A stretch of 64,000 bases of DNA from Monocercomonoides exilis PA203 (lineage: Eukaryota; Protista; Preaxostyla), in the NCBI GenBank assembly GCA_001643675.2, contig LSRY02000003.1, positions 1 through 64,000 on the forward strand, given 5' to 3'. Numbering within the stretch: position 1 is the stretch's first letter; each line of letters opens with the position of its first letter. The notes under the pieces were generated by a model that was not told the DNA's origin, ran no database searches, and saw nothing but the letters and a program-made list of their open reading frames with translations. This document shows positions 25,849 through 38,399 of this stretch, piece after piece. The translations under genes and the position numbers were made by a program.

Positions 25849-27707
25849 CAGTCAAAACCGGACACAATCACATCGAATATAATCACATTCGTTTATTGTC
25901 ACATTTTTCGATGCACTGACATTTTTGGACAATTTTTCATTCATTTTTCATCGCATATAATCACAGTGATGAAAATATATAATCACATTTAATATTATTA
26001 TGTGTGATTTTTTCAATGAAAAATCGGTTTTTTTGATCAAAAATTTGATTTTTTTGATTTTTCAAAAATATGCTCAAATAAGTCTGAATTATGTGTATTT
26101 ATGATCAAAATAGTTCAGATAATTGAAAAAAGCGTATTTGTGTAGAATTAACAAAAATCAAAAATAGACCCAAAATTAATTATTTGGCAAATTAAAAGAA
26201 TATCGGAACTTTCAAATTATGATTATTCTTGTTTCCATTGATTTCTTTTGTATTTATAAAGTGTTGAAATGTGAAAAAAGTTGTCGGAAAACGATTAAAA
26301 AAAACTTTCAATAATTTTTTATTCTAGCTGATCAAATGAAAATTTCTGCTTATTCATCAGAATAATTAGAAGCATCCTCTCCGTCATCAACGCTATTTGA
26401 ATCTTCTTCTTTTTCATCATCACGCGGCCCATGCAGTATGTCGTCAGCATCAGGAATTTCTTCATTTTCTGAAAAATCAATTTCTTCATCAGCACGAATT
26501 GGTTTTTCTTCTGGAATAAAATGAATCATTTTTTGCAAAATATCAGCAAAACTTGGTTTTAGATTCCTTTGAACAAGCCACATGGATAAACAATCGGCAA
26601 TGAATGTTTTCCTTACTCCATGCTTTGGAAAAAACGCTCTTAAATGACTCCACAACCCTTCAACGGTATTGGTACATGCGCCTGTTTCTGGATCTTTGAA
26701 GTTCCTTTTATGACAGACCGTAATATGTTCATAACCAATATCTTTCAGACAATTATAGCTTTTCCATTTATCACTAATAATTGTTGTGCATGCTAATATC
26801 CTTTCTTGAATAATAGGGATCAATGTTTCTTTTTTCCTGTCTGGCACGATGATAACAAAATTTGTTCCAGCTCCTCCTCCTTCCTTCCTCTCAACTCCTC
26901 CGAAAATCCACAGCAAATCCTTCTTTCTTCCTCTTCCATATTTCCTTCTCCTCCAAACAGCCTCATCTATTTCGACGTATTTTCCCGGTTCTCCTAATTT
27001 CTGCATCGTTTCGTTCCAAATTTGTGTGCACACAACTCTCACAACGCTTGTCCAATAACCAATAGTAGGATATGAAACACCCGTCAGCAAATGAATTTGT
27101 TTTTATTCAATTCCGATCCAATAGTACAATAGAATTTGCAAAACAATATTTATTGGAAGTTTCATTTTGGAAAATACGGAATTTTTAAATATTGAGGTTT
27201 TTTTTCGGCAAGTTTGACACCAAAGATATTTGTAACCTTCTGTTTCCTCCCTGATTCTCCCTTTGCTTCTGCATTTAGGGCAATCCTTGGTAGTGAACTC
27301 TTGAAAACGTTTAAAAAACCAATTCCACGTTTCTTCTTTATCATGGAAGATCGTATTCAATCGAAATACTGTTTGACTATTTTTTTCCTCTTCAGATCTT
27401 GCCATAAAACTTTTTTTAATCATAAACCATAGATTAGAATTTTTTTGACTTTTCCATGTTTTTTTAAAACTTTTTGAAAAGACTTTCCGATAGCTGAAAA
27501 TTTGCATATTGCATCAATATATAATATAAATGACTTTCACTATTTTTTTGTGCAAAATTGAGAGTTCCGATATACTTTCATTTTGCCAATTATTTTTAAA
27601 TTAAATTTCATTTTTTTCTGTGTTAAGTCACATCGCTTATAATCACAATCGGATATAGTCACAAAAAGTCGTGCAAAAACCGATGTGATTATATCGGGTT
27701 TTGACTG
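25849..27707 (-). mobile_element. TIR element with TA flanks and CAGTCAAAACC ends encoding a Merlin/IS1595-type transposase
   Basis: TA|CAGTCAAAACCGGACACAATCACATCG ... CGATGTGATTATATCGGGTTTTGACTG|TA (27 bp, 3 mismatches); several subterminal ATATAATCACA-like repeats. Confidence 0.8.
26350..27405 (-). pseudogene. Merlin/IS1595 (ISXO2-like) DDE transposase with N-terminal Zn ribbon; one in-frame TAA at 27103-27105
   Basis: CPKC...CQTC; VEIDE, WIFGGVER, IISDKWKSY, VCHKRNFKDPETGACTNTVEGLW. ORFs 27103-27507 and 26350-27090 are in the same frame. Confidence 0.9.
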
Positions 27708-28619
27708 TATTTCCTTTACCAATTTTTGAAATGTTTTGAATATGCAATAAGTGTAAGGATGATGTGTGACATGCGCATTATGCAGTGTTCGTCTGTGGCC
27801 GCAAGCTTTGAAATGACAGTGAAGTGGAAGCAATGTGATTGATGTTACGTAAAAATTTTTTTGCTTGAATTATATTCTTTTTTTGATCATGAATTAAAAT
27901 TCTTCCTATTAAAAAAATAATAATTATATTTTAGAATTAATCTTTTATTTTCGAAAATAATGAAACAAATTCGAAAACAAAAAAATCAATTTTGAAATAA
28001 AAGAACATATGGATTGCATCATGAACAACTAGTGTTCAGTTATATGTGTTTGCATTTTAATTTGTTATCAATAAAAAAAAAAATTTTTTTTTAAATTGTG
28101 ATTGATAGTTTTTCTTTAAAAAAACGAGGAAATTAAAAATTTTCATTTCTTTTATTTTTTGATTTTTTTAAAATGATATTAATCAATTATTCTGTCAAAA
28201 TATTATGTTTATCAAGTTTTAATTTATAAATATTTTTTCATAGCAATTAATCAATTAAAATCCTTTTTATTTCAACAAAAGAAATCGAACAACTATCTGT
28301 TCCTTACAGATGATTTCGAAATTAGAAATTATTCCCATTTTATGAACATCAAATTTATTTGATTTTTTCTGAGGATAAACTTTGAAATGTTTAAGTTTGA
28401 TAATAATTTTTTTTAATAAAATAATTTTTATTTGTAAACAAAAATTGAAAACAATCAAAATTCCATTATGGTTGAAGTGCCTTTGTATCAATTGATAATT
28501 TGAAATGACACAACTTTCATTTGATATTTGTTATCATGATTATATTGATCAAAAATAGGAATCAAAAATTACTATTTGAAGTTGAATAAAAAAAAAATAA
28601 GTGAATAAATTTTTATTTA

Positions 28620-31600
28620 TTCGTTTTTCCCATGTATTTTTGTTTTTCTGTTTTCTTGTAGTTTTTTCATTTTTCGTAACGATCGAAAATTATAATTTTC
28701 TGGAAAGTTGAAGATTCCAACCTATTTCTCAGCTTTATTTCTATGTTCTTACCAAATCTCATTTTTTTCTTTCATCTTTTTTTTTTCTTTTTTTTCGGTT
28801 TTCGTCTTTTTTTTTTCAAGTTTTTGTTTTGTCAAACTTTGTTTCTCCATATTAACAAGATTTTCTGTCATAACCCTTTTCACGAATTTTTTTCTTTCAT
28901 AATATTCCAATAAATCTCCACAAAATCATCAAGACAAGATGGATTCATCTTCAAAGCAAATAACAAGTGTTCACTCCAAACTTTTGCTCTTAAATTCCAT
29001 TTCGATCAAAGAAAAGAAACGATAAGTTATTATCTCATTAAGCGATTCCTTTTATATTGTTGAATTTTCAAAAATTGAATTTTTTTATATGTTTGAAATA
29101 AGCCAGTTTAAATGAGAATCGACAAGTTCGGTTTGAATTGCAGTTTTTTTCTTATTCCATCTTCAATTTGTTCAAAATTTGATCAAAAACAAAATTAACA
29201 ATAATTATGTTATCATTCCATTTTCAAGTTCCAAGTTTGATTCCATGAAGATTTTGACAATTGGAAAAATTCTCTTTTCTATAACTGATTTGTTACTTTT
29301 GTATAAAATTTTATTTGTTGTTGCGGTAATCGTTCTTTTTGGAACTCGTTTCATATTCATTATTTCGTATTTTGCAAAAGAATTCCATCCTGCTATATGA
29401 GGACTCGTTTTCATTAAAGCATCTTTTTTAATTTCTGTTTATTCCTTCTTTTAAAGTTGCAAACCAATGGAAACATCTCCTTTATGAGCGTAATTCAAAT
29501 ATTGATTGTCGTGAGATTTCCATTTCTTGTCTTTGCTTCAATCTAGTTCTATTTTTTTTCGAATGCCAATTTAACAAAATCTATCATTCTTCAATTTAAA
29601 TGCATATATATAAGTTTACACGAATCCATTAAGAAATATGATAAAATGTGTTGATTTTCCAATAGAAATTTTTCCATTTGAAAGTTGCCTCATTTCTTTT
29701 TGCCAGAGTGAAAATTTGATTGATCATATTTGTAATCATTTTTCTTTCAAAAATAAATTCAAAGATATCACTTTTATATCGATAAAAGAACGATTAAAAA
29801 TGAAAAGTTAATTTTAAAAACTTCTTCATTTTTATTTGAGTGAAAATATTTGTTTTTAAAATAGTTATGCAGGATTTAACATTGGAATGCTTAATCACTT
29901 TTCAAAGACAAACCACCTTAAGAAAATCAACATTCCGAAAAAAGTTTTGATTTCTATAAATTTTCACACACATATATCGAGATCTTGTTTTTCTTTTGTT
30001 TCTCATTTAAATGATTTTTATAAATGTTGAATCAAAATTTTGAATAAAGACATTCCTGATATCACATAATCCAACACCTCCACATGTCATTGCTCATGCT
30101 CCTCTGTGAAGAGCATATAAAAACAAAGATGCCTCTGAAGCTTTGTCAATGAAATAATCAGAAATGCAATTATTTAGAAAATCCTTTTTATTTTTGAAAG
30201 ATTACAGTTTTATTTTATTTTATTTTTTTTTTTTTCATTTCAATAAATAGATGATTTGTTAATTTTAAGTACTCAAACGATTCCATTCAATTTATTTTGC
30301 GAATCTTTTTCTTTAAATTTTTTGAACTATTTTTTTGTGAGTTTTTCAAAGATTGTTCATTAAAACAAAAAATAAAAAATATTTCGTCTTTCCAATCATG
30401 ATCTTAAGTTTGCAAAAACCATCAAATAGATTTCTTATTCATAAGAAATGGGAAAAAGCCAAAACAATGAGCAAACGAGTTATATTAACGAAAAACCCAA
30501 GTGTATTTTTTTTAATGTTGAACTTGATAAAGGAAGTTGTTCTACAAAATATTTTCAAATTCTTTGTTTGCTGAACACATAAAGAGCGTTTTCAAGAAAT
30601 GCGTGTTTTGTTCTTTTCCTATCAAATGGAACATTTTGTTTCTCAAGTGCTGCAGACTGGTCCTTGAACTTTTCCCATTCACGACCTTCTGCAGCACTTG
30701 AAGAATAAAACATTTCCTTCTCCTTTTGTCCATCCTTATCCTTTTCCTCTCCTTCCACCACTGTTAACTCTTCCATTCCTTCTGCTTCATCATTGACTTC
30801 TTCCATCATCATCGTCGTCATCGTCATCATCATCTCCTCGTTCCAATCTTCTTCATCCTTGTTCCTCTTCTTTTCCTCATTCTTCTTGCTTCCTTCACTC
30901 CTCTCTTCCTTCCTTTTTTCGTCGCTATTCATTTCCTCATCCATATCCTTCATTCTTCTATTTTGCTCCTTCAATTTCATTCTTCCAACATTGTGATGTT
31001 CAGAATCTTCTCCTGTTCTTCAATCCTCCTCCATCTCTATAAAGCTACATTTTGTCCCCTCCATTTTGCCCCTGATTTTTTTATGCTCCTCCACTTCTTT
31101 TCCAATGGAACATTGCACCTCCACGTCTTTTCCTTCAATATGAAGCTCCTCCATTTTTCTTCCTCCTTGATTTTGCTCCTCCATATGTGCACAAGCAGTG
31201 CATTCCTCCTCCAAGTCTCCACAAACTGAGTCATGCTCCACCAACCCTCCTTTTCCTATATGATGCTCCTCCACTGTTCTTCCTCGATTAAAGTGCTCCT
31301 CAGATTCTCCTCCAACTACACATTCCTCCTCCAACACTCCTCCTCCAATATGATGCTCCTTTATATCTGCACCATCTGCGCAATGCTCCTCCATATCTCC
31401 TTCACAGCTGCAGCGTTCTTCTTCCTTCTTATCAAGCTTCTTCCTTTCTGCATTCAAGATAGACAGCTTCAATTGTTGAAACAATTGCTTAAACTTCACA
31501 TCCATCATCAAATAAATATCTTCTTCCGTCATAACGCTTAAAGAAAAAGAAGAGTTTGGATGTTCAGCTTGCGTTGAAATATTTTGAAATGGTCTCTTTC

Positions 31601-32080
31601 TTTTATCTTCTTTTGCGCTAACTTTTTTTGGCTTTGGATAAGGAACGGATGATTTTTTTTGGTGCAGCTGCTGAGCAAGATGCTGAAGAACTGTTTGTTT
31701 CACGCTCAAGCTCTGCTTCATAATGCTTTGGCTTTTTTGTCTTTCTGCTCCTTTTGCGGAAAACGGATTCATCCATCTTTGAATCTCCTTTTTCGCTGTC
31801 TTTATCATCTGTTTCACCAAACCATGCTTCTCGTATCAGTTTGGAACTTCTTCTGTTTTCGCCTCGAGCAACAAGTTCTTCATCTTCCTCTTCTGGCATA
31901 TTGGTGATAACAGACGGCTCAGGCTCTGGATAACAATAAAAAGAATAACGTGAATTATAACATGACAATAGAATGAATCAAACATTTGTTAACTGTTATT
32001 TTGGTGAAGATTTCATCAACAATGCTCTATTTTTCTTAAGAAATCGGTATTTCAACTTCTTCATTAACTTTTGCTTTTTC
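28620..32080 (-). pseudogene. YR-Myb family copy 7: strongly decayed, inverted
   Basis: N-terminal EEEDEELVARGENRRSSKLIREAWFGETDD matches copy 1 ESEEDNELMPKAQERKSSKLVRTAWLGEEDE. EASLFLYALHRGA*AMTCGGVGLCDIRNV at ~30050-30140 and IAGWNSF at ~29390. Intron at the equivalent position (~31928-31983). Confidence 0.75.
31030..31400 (-). repeat. Degenerate 30-bp (10-aa) tandem repeat, EEHxxxGGxx, inside YR copy 7
   Basis: EEHCADGADI KEHHIGGGVL EEECVVGGES EEHFNRGRTV EEHHIGKGGL VEHDSVCGDL..., about 12 units. Confidence 0.85.
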
Positions 32081-33871
32081 CTCTGTTTCAGTTATTTATC
32101 AACAATTGTCTTTTTTTTTTTTCTTTTTTTGATTCATAAGATTTCCTTGCTATTGAATTGTGGTTGTTTTTTGAATAAATTTTTGAAAAGTTCATTCTTT
32201 CCAAGTGAATGTGAAAAATCGAAGTTCAAATTTGATCAGTTATTGGAAAACCCATGATTTTCCCTCCAAGAGAAATTACACTCCCATCTTAAACTTGATT
32301 TTGGTGTATCAAGTTGTAATTTTCATTTTTGAGGAGAATATGAAATTAATATTTTTTCGATTTTTTCACAATGAGTTAATCTGATGATTACACCCAAGAT
32401 TTATTGCTAATTTTTTTTCATTGATGTTTGTAAAAATTTTCTTTTAATAGTTTCAAAATTGCTTGAATATATCAATTTAGTTGAAAACATGAAAATTTCG
32501 ATTTTTCAACTTTTTTTGTAAAGTTGGTTTTTTCATTGAAAAACATGATATTTTTTCATATTGTCTTATAAATTAACTCCAATGTCTCAATAACAAGACA
32601 TGACAAAATGTGGTGAATATATCAAAATAAAAAAGATTAAAAACTCAGGAAAGTTTGAATAGAAAAAAAATGTATGACTTATCACTATCAAACCTGAAAA
32701 ATACAGTTATCAAAATGAAAAATTAAAAATAAAAAAGAAACAAGAGTGTATTAATTTATGATTTGATACATTACAAATCATAATCTTCAATATCCATATC
32801 ATCGAATTCATCGATCTTTCTTCGTTAAAAAGTGGGCTTGAATGAATTTCTCAATTCATCATCATCAATGTTTTCATCATCTTCATTTTCATCATCATTA
32901 TTTTTTGAGTAATTATCATCTTTCAAAATTTCAAATACTCATCTTTTTCCTTATTTTCTTGAATTTCAAACTGTTTTCTTTTTTATGTGGCAAAGAAGAT
33001 TTTTGAATTATCAACTCTATTATCATCTTCGCTGATTTTTCTCACATCAAGAATTGATGACAGATTTGATTTATAACTCAAATCAATTGAATTATGTGGA
33101 AGTTGTTTTGAAGAAAAAATTGATGTTTATTTTTGACGATTTATTATTTTCTGTCGAAGATGATGAGTTTTTTATTTGTTCTTTGTCGATTATTAAATCT
33201 GCGAATTTTTTTGGATATCGAACCTGAAAAATTTTTTTCTCAATGTTCTTTACCCTCTGACAGATCAATAATTTTTCTATCATTTTCATTTTCTCAAATT
33301 TTTATCTTCAATTTTAGAAACAAATAAGCTTGATGATTTATTTTTTTCAACAGACAAATTTTTATTATTTTTTAAAAGTGTCATTGTGATGTGTAAAATA
33401 ATTATGAATTGAAGAAGATTTATCTGTCAATTGTTGGTTGGATATTGCTGAATTTTCGGATGTTATTTGATCATATGTTGAACTTGAATTTGATTCATTC
33501 CTAACCATCATGCATGTGAAAGAGGGTTAGTTGTTGTCAAAATGATCAGACGCGTATGGATGATTAACTATTCGATTTAAGGAACACATTTTATCGAACT
33601 GGATCTGATGTTAAATTTATTGAAACACCAAAAAAATGTGATCCCTTTACACAATTAAGAAAAAAAGTTGGTAAAGGGAAATTTGTTTTTTCGATAAAAT
33701 TAAAATAAATTCAATATTTAAAAAATCGATGCTTTAAATAATAAATATGAACAAATTATTTCTAAAAAATTAAAAAGAAAAAAATTTAAATATGCGGAAA
33801 ACATTACGAGCTTTTATTCGGGAACCAAAGTCATGGAGCAAACGTCATTGAACGTTTGTTACGTGACTGAT

Positions 33872-34055
33872 AATCGCAGAATATAAGCGAGTGGTGTGGA
33901 GGAAGGAATGTTGGTGGAGTTAAATATAGAATGAAAAAACCAGGATCGCTCCAGAAAGCCCAGAGTTTTTCTTTTTCTATTTTCATTTTTCTGTGAAAAA
34001 CCCCACTTTTTCGACTTTTTTTTCAATAAACTCAAAACTCCGAATTTTTCTTTTT
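33872..34055. repeat. 184-bp imperfect direct repeat, copy A
   Basis: AATCGCAGAATATAAGCGAGTGG...CAATAAACTCAAAACTCCGAATTTTTCTTTTT; similar to 35214-35397. Confidence 0.8.
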
Positions 34056-35213
34056 GTCATGTTATTTTTCTCCAGTTCGCTTTATTTGTTGCAATTTTCC
34101 AGATTTTGTGATATTTGATATATCATTTGCCTTGCTTTCCTTTTTGAATTTCATATTGATCTTCTCGGTTTCAGGTGAATTTATTTTTTTTTCTTTTCGA
34201 ATTTTCATTATTAAGATCTACAACACCACTTTTTTTCGATTTTAATTGGTATTTTTTTTATTTTTTCTCGAGTTCCAATTCTTCATCGAAAGATTTGGAG
34301 CTTATATCACACGACTCAGATTCATCTGATAATTTTGAGAATGCGTCAGCATTATCATCCTTTTCCTATTCGTCATCAACAACAAAAATTTTTCTTTTCT
34401 CAATTTCGTTATCCTCCAAGCAAGTTGAAACATTCTGTTGATCCTTTTCAAATTTCGAAATCATTTGAATTAATGAACTTCTATATCGAGACCTCGTTTC
34501 AATAACAATTGTTTCCAATTTTTTTTCGCTGTTCATGGGACTATTTCTCTTCGGAAGCAAGTTTTGAATCATTTGGGAACTGCTCATTGGATGTGGAACA
34601 ATTTTTGTCAGAAATTTTAACATTCGGTAGATGTTAAAAATTCAAAACACCAAAAAATAATAGCATTCCTTAGTACAAATATAAAAAAAAAAATTGTATG
34701 TTTATTTTTTGATTTTAAAAAACAAGAAAAATCAAAAATAATTTCTGACATCAAAATTTTATCGAGAGCAATGATAAATACTATGTAAATAATACAAAAA
34801 AATAAAAAAAAAATAAAAAAAAAAAAGGCATTCTTTTTCACATCATTTTTCACAACTTTCTTTTGCTTTAAAGCTATTTAGACCCTCAATCTATCCCACC
34901 ACGTCTGATATATCACAAACACCACCTTCACAAGTAATGCTTTGTTTTTTAATTTTCTCCTCTCTCTGGCACATTCAAAATTCCTCTTTTTTTTGAATCT
35001 GAGTTTTTGTCTCAGGCCAAAAGCGAGCGAATAAGTTGGAATTGACTAAATGACATAAATAAAAATTTAGTCTGGAAAAATATTTTTCCAAAATATTTAT
35101 CGATTATTATGTTATTGTGATTCATTTAAAGATCTGATTTTTAAAAAATGAACATTATTTTTCCATTTGCACTTTCATGTTATGTCCCCACTATCCCTCC
35201 AGCCCCGCACATC

Positions 35214-35397
35214 AATCGAAGAATAAAAGCGAGTGGCAGGGTGGAAGGTGTGTGGGTGTTTCTCATTATAGTTTAAAAGAAACAAAATCGCACCAACGAA
35301 CCCAGAGATTTTCTTTTTTTATTTCCTTTTATCTATAAATAACACCACTTTTTTAACTTTTTTACCAATAAACTCGAAACTTTGAATTTTTCTTTTT
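35214..35397. repeat. 184-bp imperfect direct repeat, copy B
   Basis: AATCGAAGAATAAAAGCGAGTGG...CAATAAACTCGAAACTTTGAATTTTTCTTTTT. Confidence 0.8.
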
Positions 35398-35791
35398 CGT
35401 TTTTTTTTCAAAAAAATTTAGTGTATGTGTGGCGGTGTTTATTACATCCCTACTATTAAATTTCATTATTTTTTCTTTATTCGCTCAAAAAAATAAATTG
35501 TAATATAAACAAAATCACATTCCAATCAATAAAAACTTTCTCTTAAGCTTGTAACATAAGTTCGTTCAAATGAAAATGAATTGCGATGTTGAAAAACACA
35601 AGTCTCAAAGATTCAAAAGTGAATAAATGTGTTCAAGAAATTTGAAAACCAAAAATGAAAGATTTTGTGCTATTTCACCCAAAAATATAATAGGGTGATT
35701 TATAAACCCGAATATTTTTTTGAAAACCCGAATAAAAAATAAACAAATTTATTTTTGTGTATTGTGTATTGATTTCGTTTTTTAAAAAATA

Positions 35792-37387
35792 CTAATAATA
35801 AATATAATCAACTAGCTCTCGTTTGACAATTTTTCGAGTATTTCTTTCTTTTTTTTCATCATCAGAAAAATCATCATTTAAAATTTTCAATGGGTTGAAT
35901 TTTCTTTTTTTCGGTTTTTCATCTTCAAACAAGGCCTTTTCAATTTCTTCATTATCTTTTTCTTCATTTTTTGACTCTTTTCTTTCATCCTTTTCTTTTT
36001 TCCATTCTATTAAGAATTCTTCATCGGTAATTAATTTTCCAAAATAATCAAACCTTTTTGTTTTTTTTTTCAGAGTGACAGAAGGTTCTTTTGGCAGCTT
36101 CGCTAACACTTCGTGCCACTGATGTGACAGTACTCCGCTCTTCGCAAAAGATGATTTGATTGTAGAAGGCAACAAAGAAGTTTGTAAGGCTTGTGGAAGC
36201 ACATCAGCTAGCGCTTCTCGTCGCAAAACAACAGAAGAAGAAGAAGGCGCTTCATAATTAGCATTTATTGTCTTTTTAAAAACAGCAAACACTCCACGAT
36301 CCAACGGCTGTGCGATGTGAGTGGTGTGGGGTACGAAGGTGACCACATCTATTGAAGAATCTGCGAACTTCTTCCACAAGTCAGGCTGCGCTCTCGAAGA
36401 ATGAGAATCAAGAAGGAGAAGGCAACGTTCATCATTCTTTTTCAAAGTTTCTCTTCTTTGTGTGATCCCTGGAAGCAACACTTCTTCAGCATATTTGAGG
36501 AATAGCGCTTCAGTCATCCAGCCTTCATTTTCACCCCAAACATCTAACTGCGAACTCAGAACAAGGCGCAGTTCATCTGGCAGTTTCCGACAAGGCCACA
36601 GAACGATGCTTTTTAGGGAGTAGCCATCAGCTGCAGCTGCAACGACGAGAGTTGCATTCGGCATGTTCATTGGAGTTTTGGAGAAACCGGCAGGCATGTC
36701 GGAAGGATGGAAAACAAGAGAAGAGAAAGAATCAGAGAGTCGGAGAGAAGATTCATCAATATTAAAGATGAGAGAGTTAGAATAATGATGTTGATCATGA
36801 AGGTTTTGAAGAAGAGTGAAAAATGGAAGAAGAGTTTGTTGATTTGATGCGGAGAGCCTTTGGATGTCGACATTTCGAGGATGAGAAGCTTTGAGATCGG
36901 GGTTCCTTTTTGTGTATTGATAAGGATATGCTTTGGAAATGTTCACTTCTTCATCTTCTTCATCAAAATCATCTTTTTTCCTATCATTTATAACAGTGTT
37001 CATCTGAACATATAAAAAATAAATAAAAACAACAAATTAAAAATTGTGACAAACTAATTTCCTCATTTGTGCAGCATTGTAACTTGTCCCACTTTCACAT
37101 TCGATTTTTAGCACACCAAATATAGTTTCCTTTTCTTCCTTATTGAATAATTCTGGTCTTCCATTCTGTCCTGCTTTTCTTCCTTTTTCCACAGCTACAA
37201 CTGCTCTATCAATTGACGAGCGAGTAAATTCCTTCATGTTCACAGCATCAGCAACCCGAGCTTCTCCATTAGAAATAATCGTTGCAACACGTTCTAATCT
37301 ACTTTCAATATGTCGATATTGGAAGGATCTCATTAAACTTCTAATTTTCTTTAATCCTTGTTGTCTTTTGTTTTCTACAACACTCAT
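35792..37387 (-). CDS. pogo/CENP-B-like DDE_1 transposase, ~514 aa; intron 37004-37054
   Basis: IFNIDESS, GWMTEALF, LLLLDSHSSR and PHTTHIAQPLDRGVFAVFK. A 51-nt GT..AG intron joins exon 37055-37387 in frame to ORF 35792-37003. Confidence 0.9.
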
Positions 37388-37501
37388 TTTAAAATATATT
37401 TTGGTTATGATCATTTTTAATTTTTAAAAAAAATTTTTTTTGAAATGAAAAAAAATCAAAAAAAAATTTTCAATCAAATTCTAACTTAGTCAGCCCCGTT
37501 G

Positions 37502-37589
37502 CTATTACCTAATCTCCTCAGGGGAGGCACTAATCAGAGATGGAGGAGCTAACCCCCCCATCTCCCCCCCCATCAGAGATTAGGTATAG
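37502..37589. other. GC-rich nested hairpin (possible mini-MITE or structured regulatory element) upstream of the pogo transposase
   Basis: TA|CCTAATCTC...GAGATTAGG|TA outer stem; inner GAGATGGAGG/CCCCCATCTC stem. Confidence 0.55.
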
Positions 37590-38399
37590 TAATTTGATCT
37601 TAATTTCTGACTTCTGACTTTTCCTTATATACTAAAAACAATTAATAAAATATGAAAAGTGGGTTGATTAAACTTATTAATAAAAAAAATGTTCGGGTTA
37701 AAAAAAATATTCGGGTTAATAAATCACCCTAATGAAATTTTTTATGAAAGTGAAACATATTCATTTTATATTTGCTATTTATCGAAAAATCTGAGCGTCA
37801 CAATTCTTCATTCAGTATCTCAACATCAAAAAAATTATCACTAATATACATTTTGTTATATTTTCTTTCCAACTGATACTTTTCATCTTATTCAGCTTTC
37901 GGAAAAAAAAAGTTGTTTCGTTATTTTTCTAAATTTTCTTTATCTTTCCAGATAACCAATTCATGTTATGTTTTTCTTTGAATAAAGAAATAAATGAAAA
38001 GAAACAAATGTTGAATTATAACCACTGATTTTAGTAATAATTATTTTTTTTATTATGATTCATTTCAAAAAAACAAACCCAAAATATAGTGAAATTGTGT
38101 TTAATTGAGTTATCTGATTCAAAAATCATTCTTCATTTTATAACAATGTGTTTTTTTCTTTTCAATAAATATCTTCAACAAACATCCATTTTATCGAAAT
38201 AATTGAGCCCATAACCACTTTGAAAAAGTTTAAATTTTGATCAAGAAAAACCAAAATCATTTATGAACAATTAATTTTTTTTTATAACTATTATCTGTTC
38301 TGATTTTTTTTATAAAAAAAGTGGAAAATTGATGAATGAGCTTTCAACGATAAAGAAAATGAATTACAAAGATTGTTGACGTAAAAAGAAATTAAAAAT

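Larger units (their letters stand above)
35693..37729 (-). mobile_element. pogo/Tigger-like DNA transposon, apparently intact
   Basis: TA|GGGTGATTTATAAACCCGAATATTTTTTT ... AAAAAAATATTCGGGTTAATAAATCACCC|TA, with a second AACCCGAA motif internal to each end. Confidence 0.92.

Noticed and set aside
27103-27105. In-frame TAA stops in transposase and YR genes as a sign of TAR=Gln reassignment, as in some oxymonads
   Set aside because: The long host ORFs have no internal TAR and end in TAG or TAA. The same elements also show TGA stops and frameshifts, so ordinary decay explains the stops.
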